Below are positions 16,316-25,338 of a DNA stretch of 45,251 bases, one piece after another. The notes under the pieces are model-generated. The model made no database searches. It saw only the letters and a program-made list of their open reading frames with translations, and had not been told where the DNA came from. The stretch comes from Acidaminococcaceae bacterium (GTDB lineage: Bacteria; Actinomycetota; Coriobacteriia; Coriobacteriales; QAMH01), in the NCBI GenBank assembly GCA_963592385.1, contig CAVAWX010000004.1:1-45251 (forward strand), in the 5' to 3' direction. Each line of letters opens with the position of its first letter. Within the stretch, counting starts at the first letter, position 1. The translations under genes and the position numbers were made by a program.

Positions 16316-17464
16316 TCAGGCTGCGGCGCGTTCCTCGCCGCGCAGGCCTACGCGGGAAATCGAGAGGAGGCGCGCGTCCGGCATGCGCGAGAGCAGCTCG
16401 GCCATGAACAGGTCCGCGCGCAGAGCGCCGTTTCCCGTATCGCGCGTCGTCCACGTGCAGCACAGCTGCGCCTGCCCCGACGCTTCCGCCTGCGCGCACG
16501 CATTCGCCGGCACCGGCGCGGCGGCGACGCGCGGGGGCGCGACGAGGCGGCCGGCGAAGTCGACGCGCTTTATCTTCTCGACCGGGCCGGCCTTCGTCTG
16601 CTGCACCTTCTTCACCTCGAGAAAGCCCTGCTCCACGAGGGCGTCGAGGGCGGCTTGCAGCTCTTGGGCCCCGACGCCGGCGACACGGGCCGCCCAGTCG
16701 CTTGTCGGGAAGGCCTGACCGGCATGCTCCGCGTGCAGGCCCACGTACGCGCACGAGACGACCGCCAGCCCCGACGGCATCACGCGGTTCAGGGCGGCGC
16801 ATGCCTCGTCGGCGGGCACGTAGGCGCACAGGCGCACGTCGAAGGGCTCGGCGTGCCCGACGCACCCCGGGGGCAGGGCAGGTCCTGGCGCCGTCCTCAT
16901 ATGCGGGCGCGCGCCGCAGCTCACGTCGTAGGGCAGCCCCGCCCGCCGCACACAGCGCTCCATCTCGCGCAGCGTCTCCCTATGCGAGAACTGCAACGCC
17001 TCGCCGTCCTTGGCATAGACGATGCGCAGGAGAAAATCGCCGGCAAACGCAGGGCCGCCCGATGCGGCGGCACCGCCCCGCGCCAGCAGCGCGAGGGGCG
17101 CCGACTCGCGCGCGCCGTCGTCCTTCGCGCCGCCGTCGCTCTCTTCATCGCAGGTGAATATGCTCACGTCCCGCGCGAGCACCGGCGGCAGGCGCCGCGC
17201 GAGTTCAGGCATATCGAGGCCGTCCACGAGCTGCGTGTGCGTCACGACAACCCTCTCGCAGCCCGTCGCCGCCACGCCGTCCGCGACAAGCGCCACCGCT
17301 GCATCGACGAGCGCGGTGCCCGTATTCTCGCGGGCAGGCTCGCCGCCCTCGCGCTCGGCGGTACTCCCGCCGCCGACCGTCTCAACGGCAGCCCCGTCTC
17401 CCGCACCCCGAGCGGCAAGCTCCTCTGCGAGGTCTATCTCCAGATTGGCGTCTACGACCTGCAC
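16316..17464 (-). CDS. Hypothetical protein with a DUF2344-like core (the TIGR03936 radical-SAM-linked family) and a unique N-terminal region of about 130 aa
   Basis: 382-aa ORF. The segment LLRIVYAKDGEALQFSHRETLREMERCVRRAGLPYDVS...GHAEPFDVRL matches the DUF2344 pattern (R-F-x-K-x-G-x-x-R-F-x-S-H-x-D-x-x-R-x-x-E-R-A-x-R-R-A-G-L-P) as I recall it. The start codon is uncertain. Confidence 0.6.
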   Translation of the reverse strand: MQVVDANLEIDLAEELAARGAGDGAAVETVGGGSTAEREGGEPARENTGTALVDAAVALVADGVAATGCERVVVTHTQLVDGLDMPELARRLPPVLARDVSIFTCDEESDGGAKDDGARESAPLALLARGGAAASGGPAFAGDFLLRIVYAKDGEALQFSHRETLREMERCVRRAGLPYDVSCGARPHMRTAPGPALPPGCVGHAEPFDVRLCAYVPADEACAALNRVMPSGLAVVSCAYVGLHAEHAGQAFPTSDWAARVAGVGAQELQAALDALVEQGFLEVKKVQQTKAGPVEKIKRVDFAGRLVAPPRVAAAPVPANACAQAEASGQAQLCCTWTTRDTGNGALRADLFMAELLSRMPDARLLSISRVGLRGEERAAA

Positions 17465-17483
17465 GAACGCATGCCCCGCTTCC

Positions 17484-18491
17484 TCACGAGGCGCGTCCGC
17501 GCGCGAACAGCTCCTTGCCCTTCTCCACGACGGCCTCGATGGCTTGCTCGCACTTCTCCTCGCTGCCGCTCTCGAAATAGACGCACGCCGCGTGCCCCAC
17601 GGCCAAGGTGCCCGTGTACGCGACCGCCGTCTTCACCGGCACGCCCAGCACCGGCACGAAGCGCGTGAGGCTGCGCGCGAGCGCACGCCACCCGAATGCG
17701 CCGAGCACGACCGCGACGGCCTCCTTCGCCCGGGCGCTGTCGAGCTCCTTGCCGTACAGAGCCGCCATCTGCAAGACGAGCTTCACCTGGTTGGCGGTGA
17801 TGAGCGGCATGTCCGCGCCCGGCACGAAGGCCACCACGCCGATCGCGCCGTTGGCGATGGCGTTGCTTTGGGTGAGCTCGCGGGCGAGGGCATGGCGCAT
17901 GAAGGGGAAGGCCGCGCCCAGCGCCAGCTGCTTTTTCGGCAGGCGCGACGCCGCCCACGTGGCCAGGGGGTCGAGCGGGCGCTCCTCGGACAGGTCGACG
18001 TCCACGATGTCGTCGACGTCGATGGCGGCGACGTACTCCGTCTCGTGCACGCCCGCAGCCACGTCCACGACCGGGACCGGGGACAAGGCGCCCGCCTCGT
18101 CGCCCGCTTCACCCACAGCACCGGCGCCCACAACGCCCGCGCCGCCGTCCGTGAAGAAGGTCACGCCGCGCTCGATCACGCACACGGCCGCCGTGCCGTT
18201 GTTGCGCGCCGTGCCCATGACGTTGCCGAGCTTTTTCGACTGCCCGCCCACGACCACGCACAAGTCCGCGTTCGCGCGCAGCACGGGCAGGCCGCCCGAC
18301 AGCACGCAATACGCCACGTCGGCGTTCTCCGACTGCACGTCCTCGCACAACGCGGCAGACAGCGCCCCGATGAGGGCATCGGATGCCGTCGCGTCGAACA
18401 CCACGTCCACCGCGACCGGCGCGTCGCGCTCCTGGCCGAAGCCGACGGCGGCCTCGAGAATCTGTTTCACGTCAATGGGCATCTTGGGCAT
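17484..18491 (-). CDS. Hypothetical protein with a DUF697-like C-terminal domain and an N-terminal alpha/beta region lacking a P-loop
   Basis: 335-aa ORF. The C-terminal half (NAIANGAIGVVAFVPGADMPLITANQVKLVLQMAALYGKELDSARAKE...LARSLTRFVPVLGVPVKTAVAYTGTLAVGHAACVYF) resembles DUF697. No GxxxxGK[ST] motif is present. The ATG at 18491 overlaps the rodA 3' end by 20 nt. An alternative ATG lies at 18482. Confidence 0.65.
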   Translation of the reverse strand: MPKMPIDVKQILEAAVGFGQERDAPVAVDVVFDATASDALIGALSAALCEDVQSENADVAYCVLSGGLPVLRANADLCVVVGGQSKKLGNVMGTARNNGTAAVCVIERGVTFFTDGGAGVVGAGAVGEAGDEAGALSPVPVVDVAAGVHETEYVAAIDVDDIVDVDLSEERPLDPLATWAASRLPKKQLALGAAFPFMRHALARELTQSNAIANGAIGVVAFVPGADMPLITANQVKLVLQMAALYGKELDSARAKEAVAVVLGAFGWRALARSLTRFVPVLGVPVKTAVAYTGTLAVGHAACVYFESGSEEKCEQAIEAVVEKGKELFARGRAS

Positions 18492-19722
18492 TGCTCAACC
18501 CCGCCTTTCTCGTCTTCGCGTTGCCGCCCACATCCATGCGGCGGCCCCATACAGAGCATAGCAGTCCCACGCAGATAAAATTCGTGATCATGAACGATGA
18601 ACCGTAACTCATGAACGGCAGCGGAATGCCCGTGATCGGCATGAGGCCTAGATCCATGCCGACGTTTTCCATAATCTGGAACAGCCACATCGCCATGATG
18701 CCCGCCGTGATGAGCGTGCCGAACAGGTCGCCGGCGGCAAGGCCGACGGACAGCGCCGCCCCCAGCAGCGCGAGGTACAGCCCCAGCAAGATGACCGAGC
18801 CCAGAAAGCCGAACTGCTCGGCGTAGACGCAGAAGATGAAGTCGGTGGCGGATTCCGGCAGAAAGCCGCCGGAGCTTTGCGTGGCGTTGCCGAAGCCCTT
18901 GCCCGTGACCTCGCCGCTGCCCACCGCGATTTTGGCCTGGTTCAAGTTGTAGGCGTCGTCGGCGTAGTCGGGGTTGTCCTGGTCGATGAAGACGAGCAGG
19001 CGCGACATCTGGTAGGGCTTGATCAGCTGCACCTTGCCGCCGGTCCAGTCGCTGATCCAGCCGTTCATGCACAGGGCGCCCGCCGCCGCCACGGCCAGCG
19101 CGATGACGGTGATGAGGATCCAGCGCCGCGCCGCGCCCGCCACGCAGATGATGACGAAGCCGACGATGAAGATGACGAGCGCCGAGCCGAAGTCCTCGCG
19201 CACGAGCAAGACGACGGGCACGAGCAGGGCGCCGAGCAGCTTCAGGTAGGCGGGGCCGGAGTCGATCTGCCCCTCGAAGCGCGCCGCGAACGCCGCAATG
19301 GCCACGATGGTCACGGGCTTTGCGATCTCGGAGGGCTGAAAGGACAGCGAGCCCACGCGGATCCACGAGGTCGCGCCGTTCACCTCGACGCCCAGACCCG
19401 GCACCTGCGGCAGCAAGATCAAGACGATGTCGAGGACGAACAGGGGCACGAACCACTCGGAGAAGCGCCGGTAGTCGAAGGCCCAAAACGCCGCCATGAC
19501 CGCGATGCCGATGCCGATGCCGGCGATCTGGCGCCACAGCGAGTACTCGGTCGAGGTGCGCGTGACGGCGTAGAGCGTGATCACGCCCGTGACGAGCAGG
19601 GCCAGCACCGCCGCCAGCAAGAGGAAGTTGACGGTCGAGTTCGCGCCGGGCAGGGGGCGCTTTTGCGTGACGCCCTCGCGCTGGTGGACTTTCGGCTCGC
19701 GCCGTGGCAGGGAAAGTGGCAT
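18472..19722 (-). CDS. rodA: SEDS-family peptidoglycan glycosyltransferase RodA (FtsW/RodA/SpoVE family)
   Basis: 416 aa from the ATG at 19722 (MPLSLPRR), 7 nt after the mrdA stop. It is a multi-TM protein with motifs SFQPSEIAK, YNLNQAKIAVGSGEVTGKG, PESATDFIF and GLMPITGIPLPFMSYGGS-like. Its position after mrdA argues for RodA. Confidence 0.9.
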   Translation of the reverse strand: MPLSLPRREPKVHQREGVTQKRPLPGANSTVNFLLLAAVLALLVTGVITLYAVTRTSTEYSLWRQIAGIGIGIAVMAAFWAFDYRRFSEWFVPLFVLDIVLILLPQVPGLGVEVNGATSWIRVGSLSFQPSEIAKPVTIVAIAAFAARFEGQIDSGPAYLKLLGALLVPVVLLVREDFGSALVIFIVGFVIICVAGAARRWILITVIALAVAAAGALCMNGWISDWTGGKVQLIKPYQMSRLLVFIDQDNPDYADDAYNLNQAKIAVGSGEVTGKGFGNATQSSGGFLPESATDFIFCVYAEQFGFLGSVILLGLYLALLGAALSVGLAAGDLFGTLITAGIMAMWLFQIMENVGMDLGLMPITGIPLPFMSYGSSFMITNFICVGLLCSVWGRRMDVGGNAKTRKAGLSNAQDAH

Positions 19723-19729
19723 AGCGGCC

Positions 19730-21769
19730 TCAGCGCTCCCTCGTGGACTCGACGAATATATGCTTGACTTCCTCGCCGAAGGCTGCGGAGAGCACCTGGC
19801 GCACGGCCGGCGCGGCGCACGAGCCGCCGGAACCGCCCTCCTCGATGCAGCAGGCGCACACGTACTTCGGGTTGTCGGAAGGCCCAAAGCCCACGTACCA
19901 CCCGAAGTTGTCCTTGCCGGCCACCTCGCCCGTGCCCGTCTTTCCCGAGGTCGTCGTGGCCATGTCGGCGAAGACCGTCTTCACCGAGCCGTCGGCCACC
20001 ACGTCGTGAAAGCCGCTGCGCATGATCTCGATGTTGGCCTGCTCGAACTCGGGCGACAACGTCGAGCCCTGGAATTTCGCGCCGTCCACGACGTTGGTCT
20101 TGCCGTCGGCGCTCATCACCGAGTGCAGCAGCACCGGCTTGGGGATGCGCCCCGTGGCAAGGCCGGCGTAGCCGCAGGCGATCTGCAGGGGGCTGACCAG
20201 CAGGTCGCCCTGGCCGATGATGAGGTTGGACATGTCGCCCGGCTGCCAGGCCTGGTTTTCGGGCGCGTCGCGGTTGTAGTTCTTCTTCCACTCCGGCGTG
20301 GGCACGCGGCCCGACGCCTCGCCCGGCAGCTCGATGCCGGTCTTGGAGCCGAAGCCCCAGCTCTGCAGGTAGTTCTGGAGCGCCATGTTGGTGGTGTCCT
20401 CGTCGTAGAAGCGCTTGGCTATCTCGTAGAAGACGACGTCGCAGGACTCGACGATGCCCATGTGGAAGCCGATGTCGCCGTGGCCCTCGAGGTTCCAGCA
20501 CTTCTGCGGCCACGCCTCGCCGAATCCGGTCCAGGTGCCCGCGCAATGCCAGGTGGTGCCCTCGGAGGCGAAGCCGTATTGCAGGCCCGCAAGCCCGGTG
20601 AAGCCCTTGAAGGTCGAGGCCGCCGGGTACTGGCCGGCGATGCAGCGGTTGGACAGCGGATAGCCCGAGTCCTCGTCGGTGAGGGTCTCCCAGGTCTCGT
20701 TGGATATGCCGCCGATGAACTCGGACGGGTCGTAGGTGGGCGCCGAGGCCATGGCGATGATCTCGCCGTTCGTGCAGTCCATGCACACGATGGCCCCGGC
20801 CTGCGCGTTCAGGTACTTGTTCGTGTGCGCGTCGTCGAAGGCCTGCTGCAGGGCATCCTCGGCGACCTTCTGGATGTCGGCGTCGATGGTCAGGCGCACG
20901 TCGTTGCCCTGCACGGGGTCGACGGTGTCGAGCTGGCTCACCACCTCGCCCGCCGCGTTGATCTCCACGCGCTTCACGCCGTGGTCGCCTTGCAGGTAGC
21001 CCTCGAAGGCCTGCTCGGCGCCGTCCTTGCCCACGGTGTCGCCGCTTTCGTAGGTCATCCCCATGGTCTGGTTCTTCAGCTCCTCGGCCGAGATGGTGCC
21101 CGTGTAGCCCAGCACGTGCGCGGCCAGGCTGCCCATCGGGTAGGTGCGCACGGTGCGTGCCTCGACCTGCACGCCGGGAAAGGCGCTGGGGTGCTCGCTG
21201 ATGAAGGCCACGGAGCGGTCGGAGACGTCGAGCGCGATCAGGCGGTCGGCCTGCGCGCCCTCCGACTGGCTGGCCGCGAGCTGCTCGACTGTTTCACGTG
21301 GAATGCCGAGCACGTTGGAGAGGCGCTGGATCGTCCCCTTGTCGTATTGGACCTCGGAGTTCACGAGCACGGCGAAACTGGAGCGGTTGCCCACCAGCTC
21401 CTTGCCGTTGCGGTCGTAGATGCGCCCGCGCGAGGCCGCCGTCTTGTACTCGGTCGTGCGGTTGGACTCGGCCTGCGCGGTGTAGTCCTTGCCCGAGACG
21501 AGCTGCATGGACCACAGGCGCACGAACAGCGAGCCCAGCGCCGCGATGACGAAGCCGAAGAGGATGAAGAGGCGCCTGGAGACGTTGCGGTCGGCGTTGG
21601 TGCCCGCCCCGTTGAGCGACTCCGTGCCCGAGGGCATGCCCTTCTGGCGCTCCTCGCCCAGCGAGATGCGCGAGCGTTTCGTGTTGCCGGAACGCACGAC
21701 GAGCACGATCAGGCACACTGCCGCGACGAGCAGCAAGACGACTATCGATGCTAAAACCGCCTGCGTCAT
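19730..21769 (-). CDS. mrdA: Penicillin-binding protein 2 (elongasome transpeptidase)
   Basis: 679-aa ORF. It has a PBP dimerisation region plus transpeptidase motifs STFK (AASTFKGF), SCD-like (ESCDVVF) and KTGT (SGKTGTGE). AGGAGG lies 4-5 nt upstream of the ATG at 21769. Confidence 0.93.
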   Translation of the reverse strand: MTQAVLASIVVLLLVAAVCLIVLVVRSGNTKRSRISLGEERQKGMPSGTESLNGAGTNADRNVSRRLFILFGFVIAALGSLFVRLWSMQLVSGKDYTAQAESNRTTEYKTAASRGRIYDRNGKELVGNRSSFAVLVNSEVQYDKGTIQRLSNVLGIPRETVEQLAASQSEGAQADRLIALDVSDRSVAFISEHPSAFPGVQVEARTVRTYPMGSLAAHVLGYTGTISAEELKNQTMGMTYESGDTVGKDGAEQAFEGYLQGDHGVKRVEINAAGEVVSQLDTVDPVQGNDVRLTIDADIQKVAEDALQQAFDDAHTNKYLNAQAGAIVCMDCTNGEIIAMASAPTYDPSEFIGGISNETWETLTDEDSGYPLSNRCIAGQYPAASTFKGFTGLAGLQYGFASEGTTWHCAGTWTGFGEAWPQKCWNLEGHGDIGFHMGIVESCDVVFYEIAKRFYDEDTTNMALQNYLQSWGFGSKTGIELPGEASGRVPTPEWKKNYNRDAPENQAWQPGDMSNLIIGQGDLLVSPLQIACGYAGLATGRIPKPVLLHSVMSADGKTNVVDGAKFQGSTLSPEFEQANIEIMRSGFHDVVADGSVKTVFADMATTTSGKTGTGEVAGKDNFGWYVGFGPSDNPKYVCACCIEEGGSGGSCAAPAVRQVLSAAFGEEVKHIFVESTRER

Positions 21770-21872
21770 GCGTTCCTCCTTTCCTTTTCGTGGCCAGCCC
21801 GGAGCGCCGCGTGTCCGGTGCGCCGCGCCTGGCCGCGCGGGCGTCCGGTCTGCGGGCCCCCGCAGCCACCCC

Positions 21873-22454
21873 CTAGTGCAGCCGCGAGTCGAGCGTGGTG
21901 CCCGATTTCCTGTTCACGCGGCTTCTGCGGGCGCTGCCGCCCTGCCCCGCGCGCGGCTGGCGGGTGCCCCCCTCGCCCATCGCGAGGGTGATGGTCGCCA
22001 GGCCGATACACGCGAAGACGGCGGTGTAGAGGAAGCCGGGCAGCGCATGCCCCACGAAGGCGCCGATCGCGCCGGAGCTGTCCGTGGTGGTCAGCAGCAC
22101 GCCGATGGCGTAGAGGCATTCGGTGAACAGCGCGCCCGCCACCGCGTACACCAGCGCGACCGCCACGTTGTCCGCGGCGATGTTGGCGCTCAGGGCGCCG
22201 GCGATCCACGCGACGAGCACGAGCACGAGCGCCATGCACCCGATGGTGCCGCTCGTCATCGCGTCGTAGAGCACGCCCAGGCAAAAGCCCGCGATGGACG
22301 CCGGCCCCGTGCCCGAGCGCAGCGCCACGAGCAAGACGGGGATGAGCAGGAAGTTCGGCTGCGCCCCGAACAGCGCGATGTTGGGCGCGATGGCCGCCTG
22401 CAGCAGGATGCAGACGACGAAGGTGATGGCGTATACCAGCGGTTTTCCCAGCAT
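21873..22454 (-). CDS. mreD: Rod shape-determining protein MreD
   Basis: 193 aa from the ATG at 22454, 2 nt after the mreC stop. It has 4-5 hydrophobic helices and the standard position between mreC and mrdA. Confidence 0.8.
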   Translation of the reverse strand: MLGKPLVYAITFVVCILLQAAIAPNIALFGAQPNFLLIPVLLVALRSGTGPASIAGFCLGVLYDAMTSGTIGCMALVLVLVAWIAGALSANIAADNVAVALVYAVAGALFTECLYAIGVLLTTTDSSGAIGAFVGHALPGFLYTAVFACIGLATITLAMGEGGTRQPRAGQGGSARRSRVNRKSGTTLDSRLH

Positions 22455-22456
22455 GT

Positions 22457-23668
22457 CTAGTTGCCTCCCGTCGCAGACGCACCCGTCGAGGTGGTGCCGG
22501 ACGTGCCCGACGACGTGCCCGAGCTGCCCGACGACGAGCTCGACGTGGTGCCCGAACTGCCCGAACTGCTGCTCGAGCTGCTCGAGCCGGACGAAGTGGA
22601 CGACGAACTCGACGACGAGCTTGCCCGCTCGGCCTTCAGCTCGGCCTCCAGCTCTTTGACCTTGTTCTCCAGCTCCGTCGCCTTCGCCTCGGCCTCCTCG
22701 CGCTTTTGCTGCTCTTCTTGGATGCGCACGCCTATGACGGCGTTGCTTTCCGCAGAAGCGCTGGTCGTGCCCGCGATCGCGTTTATCACGTCGTCGGAGA
22801 GCAAGTTGGCGGTCTCGTCCTCGTTGCCCGTCAGGACAAAGCCCTCCTGGCACGAAGCGATGCTATAGATGGGCGCGACCGTCAGGCGGTAGTACAGCTT
22901 CGAGGAGTCCTGGTCGACCGTGCGCACACGCCCCAAGATGATGCCGCCGGGGTACGCGCCGCCGTCGCCGCTCGTGACGATGACGTCGCCCGCGCCCACC
23001 GTCGTGTCGATGGAGACGTACTCCAAGACGAGCGTCCCGTCGTAGCTGCCGCGCATGATGCCCGTCGCCCGCGAGCTTTGCACCCGCGCCGACACCGAGC
23101 TTTGCGCGTCGGTGATGAGGCGCACCGTGGCCGTGTGGGCCTGCGCAGTCTCGACCTGGCCGAACAGCCCGCACGAGCTCATGACGCCCTGGCCTTCGCG
23201 CACGCCGTCCTCTTTACCCTTGTCGATGGTCGCGGTCTGCTCCCAGCCCGAGGTGATGCCCGTGATGTTGACGGGCAGCGTCGAGAGGTTGTAGGCGTCG
23301 CGCAGGGAAAGGAGGTTGGTCAGGCGCTTGTCCTGCTGGCGGTATTCCTCCAGCTCGCCCACCAGCGTGCGCAGCTGCTCGTTTTCCTCTTTCAGGGTGG
23401 CCGCGTCTTCCTCGCTCATGTTCGAGCCGTCCGAGCTGGACGCGCCCACGGCGCGAAACGGCCCGGAGATGAAGGAGAGCGCGCTTTCCATGGGCTTGGT
23501 CACGGTCTGCACCCCGTCGCGCACGGCCGCAAAGGCGCCGCCGCCGTCCGAGCGCACGCACAGCGTGACCAGCAGGACCGACAGCACAATCAAAACGACC
23601 GAGATGATCCACCCTCCCGGTCGTCGTTGCTGGCCCTGGTTGTTGTTGTTGAAGGACAGGCCCGGCAT
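22457..23668 (-). CDS. mreC: Rod shape-determining protein MreC with a C-terminal coiled-coil and poly-Ser/Gly/Thr tail
   Basis: 403-aa ORF. It has an N-terminal TM helix, a coiled coil (LKEENEQLRTLVGELEE) and MreC beta-domains (GLFGQVE, TSGDGGAYPGGIILGRV). The last 110 aa or so are an extra coiled coil followed by an S/G/T-rich tract. Confidence 0.9.
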   Translation of the reverse strand: MPGLSFNNNNQGQQRRPGGWIISVVLIVLSVLLVTLCVRSDGGGAFAAVRDGVQTVTKPMESALSFISGPFRAVGASSSDGSNMSEEDAATLKEENEQLRTLVGELEEYRQQDKRLTNLLSLRDAYNLSTLPVNITGITSGWEQTATIDKGKEDGVREGQGVMSSCGLFGQVETAQAHTATVRLITDAQSSVSARVQSSRATGIMRGSYDGTLVLEYVSIDTTVGAGDVIVTSGDGGAYPGGIILGRVRTVDQDSSKLYYRLTVAPIYSIASCQEGFVLTGNEDETANLLSDDVINAIAGTTSASAESNAVIGVRIQEEQQKREEAEAKATELENKVKELEAELKAERASSSSSSSSTSSGSSSSSSSSGSSGTTSSSSSGSSGTSSGTSGTTSTGASATGGN

Positions 23669-23678
23669 ATGCCCGAAA

Positions 23679-24719
<1,041 letters not shown>

Positions 24720-24834
24720 ATCTACGACTTTCTCCTCGCCGTGCCCTATCTAAGATGCCGAAGCGCCGCCGCATGCCGCGCGCAGCGCTCCGACACAACA
24801 TCGCATACGCGAAAGGCTAGTGTAGCACGCGCCC

Positions 24835-25242
24835 CTAGGCGCCGAAGAAAACGCCGATTTCGCGTTGCGCGCTCTCCACAGAATCGCTACCGTGGATGAC
24901 GTTCTCGTCCATGGTCAGGCCGAAATCGCCGCGAATGGTGCCGGGGGCGGCGTCGGCGGGGTTGGTGGCGCCCATGAGCTTGCGCACCGTGGCCACGGCG
25001 TTCTCGCCGGACACGACCATCTTCACCACAGGACCGCTGGTCACGTACTCGATCAGGCCGTCGTAGAACGGCTTGCCCTTGTGCTCGGCGTAGTTGGCCT
25101 CGGCCTGCTCAGGGCTCACCTGCGCCAGCTCCATGCGCTCCACCGTCAGGCCGACGTTTTCAAAGCGGCCCACGATCTGGCCGATGTGGCCGTTGCGCAC
25201 GCCGTCGGGCTTGATCATCGTGTAGGTCTTCTCGATTGCCAT
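24835..25242 (-). CDS. ndk: Nucleoside diphosphate kinase
   Basis: 135-aa ORF. Motifs: TYTMIKPDGV, GATNPADAAPGTIRGDF, NVIHGSDS (catalytic His). Confidence 0.96.
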   Translation of the reverse strand: MAIEKTYTMIKPDGVRNGHIGQIVGRFENVGLTVERMELAQVSPEQAEANYAEHKGKPFYDGLIEYVTSGPVVKMVVSGENAVATVRKLMGATNPADAAPGTIRGDFGLTMDENVIHGSDSVESAQREIGVFFGA

Positions 25243-25338
25243 GTTCTCGTTGCTCCTTTTTTCGTTTCGTATATCGCCGAAGGCCCGCCGCCTGCGCCGC
25301 CGCCGTGTTTGGCCGCGGTGCGCGTGCGAGCCGAGAGG

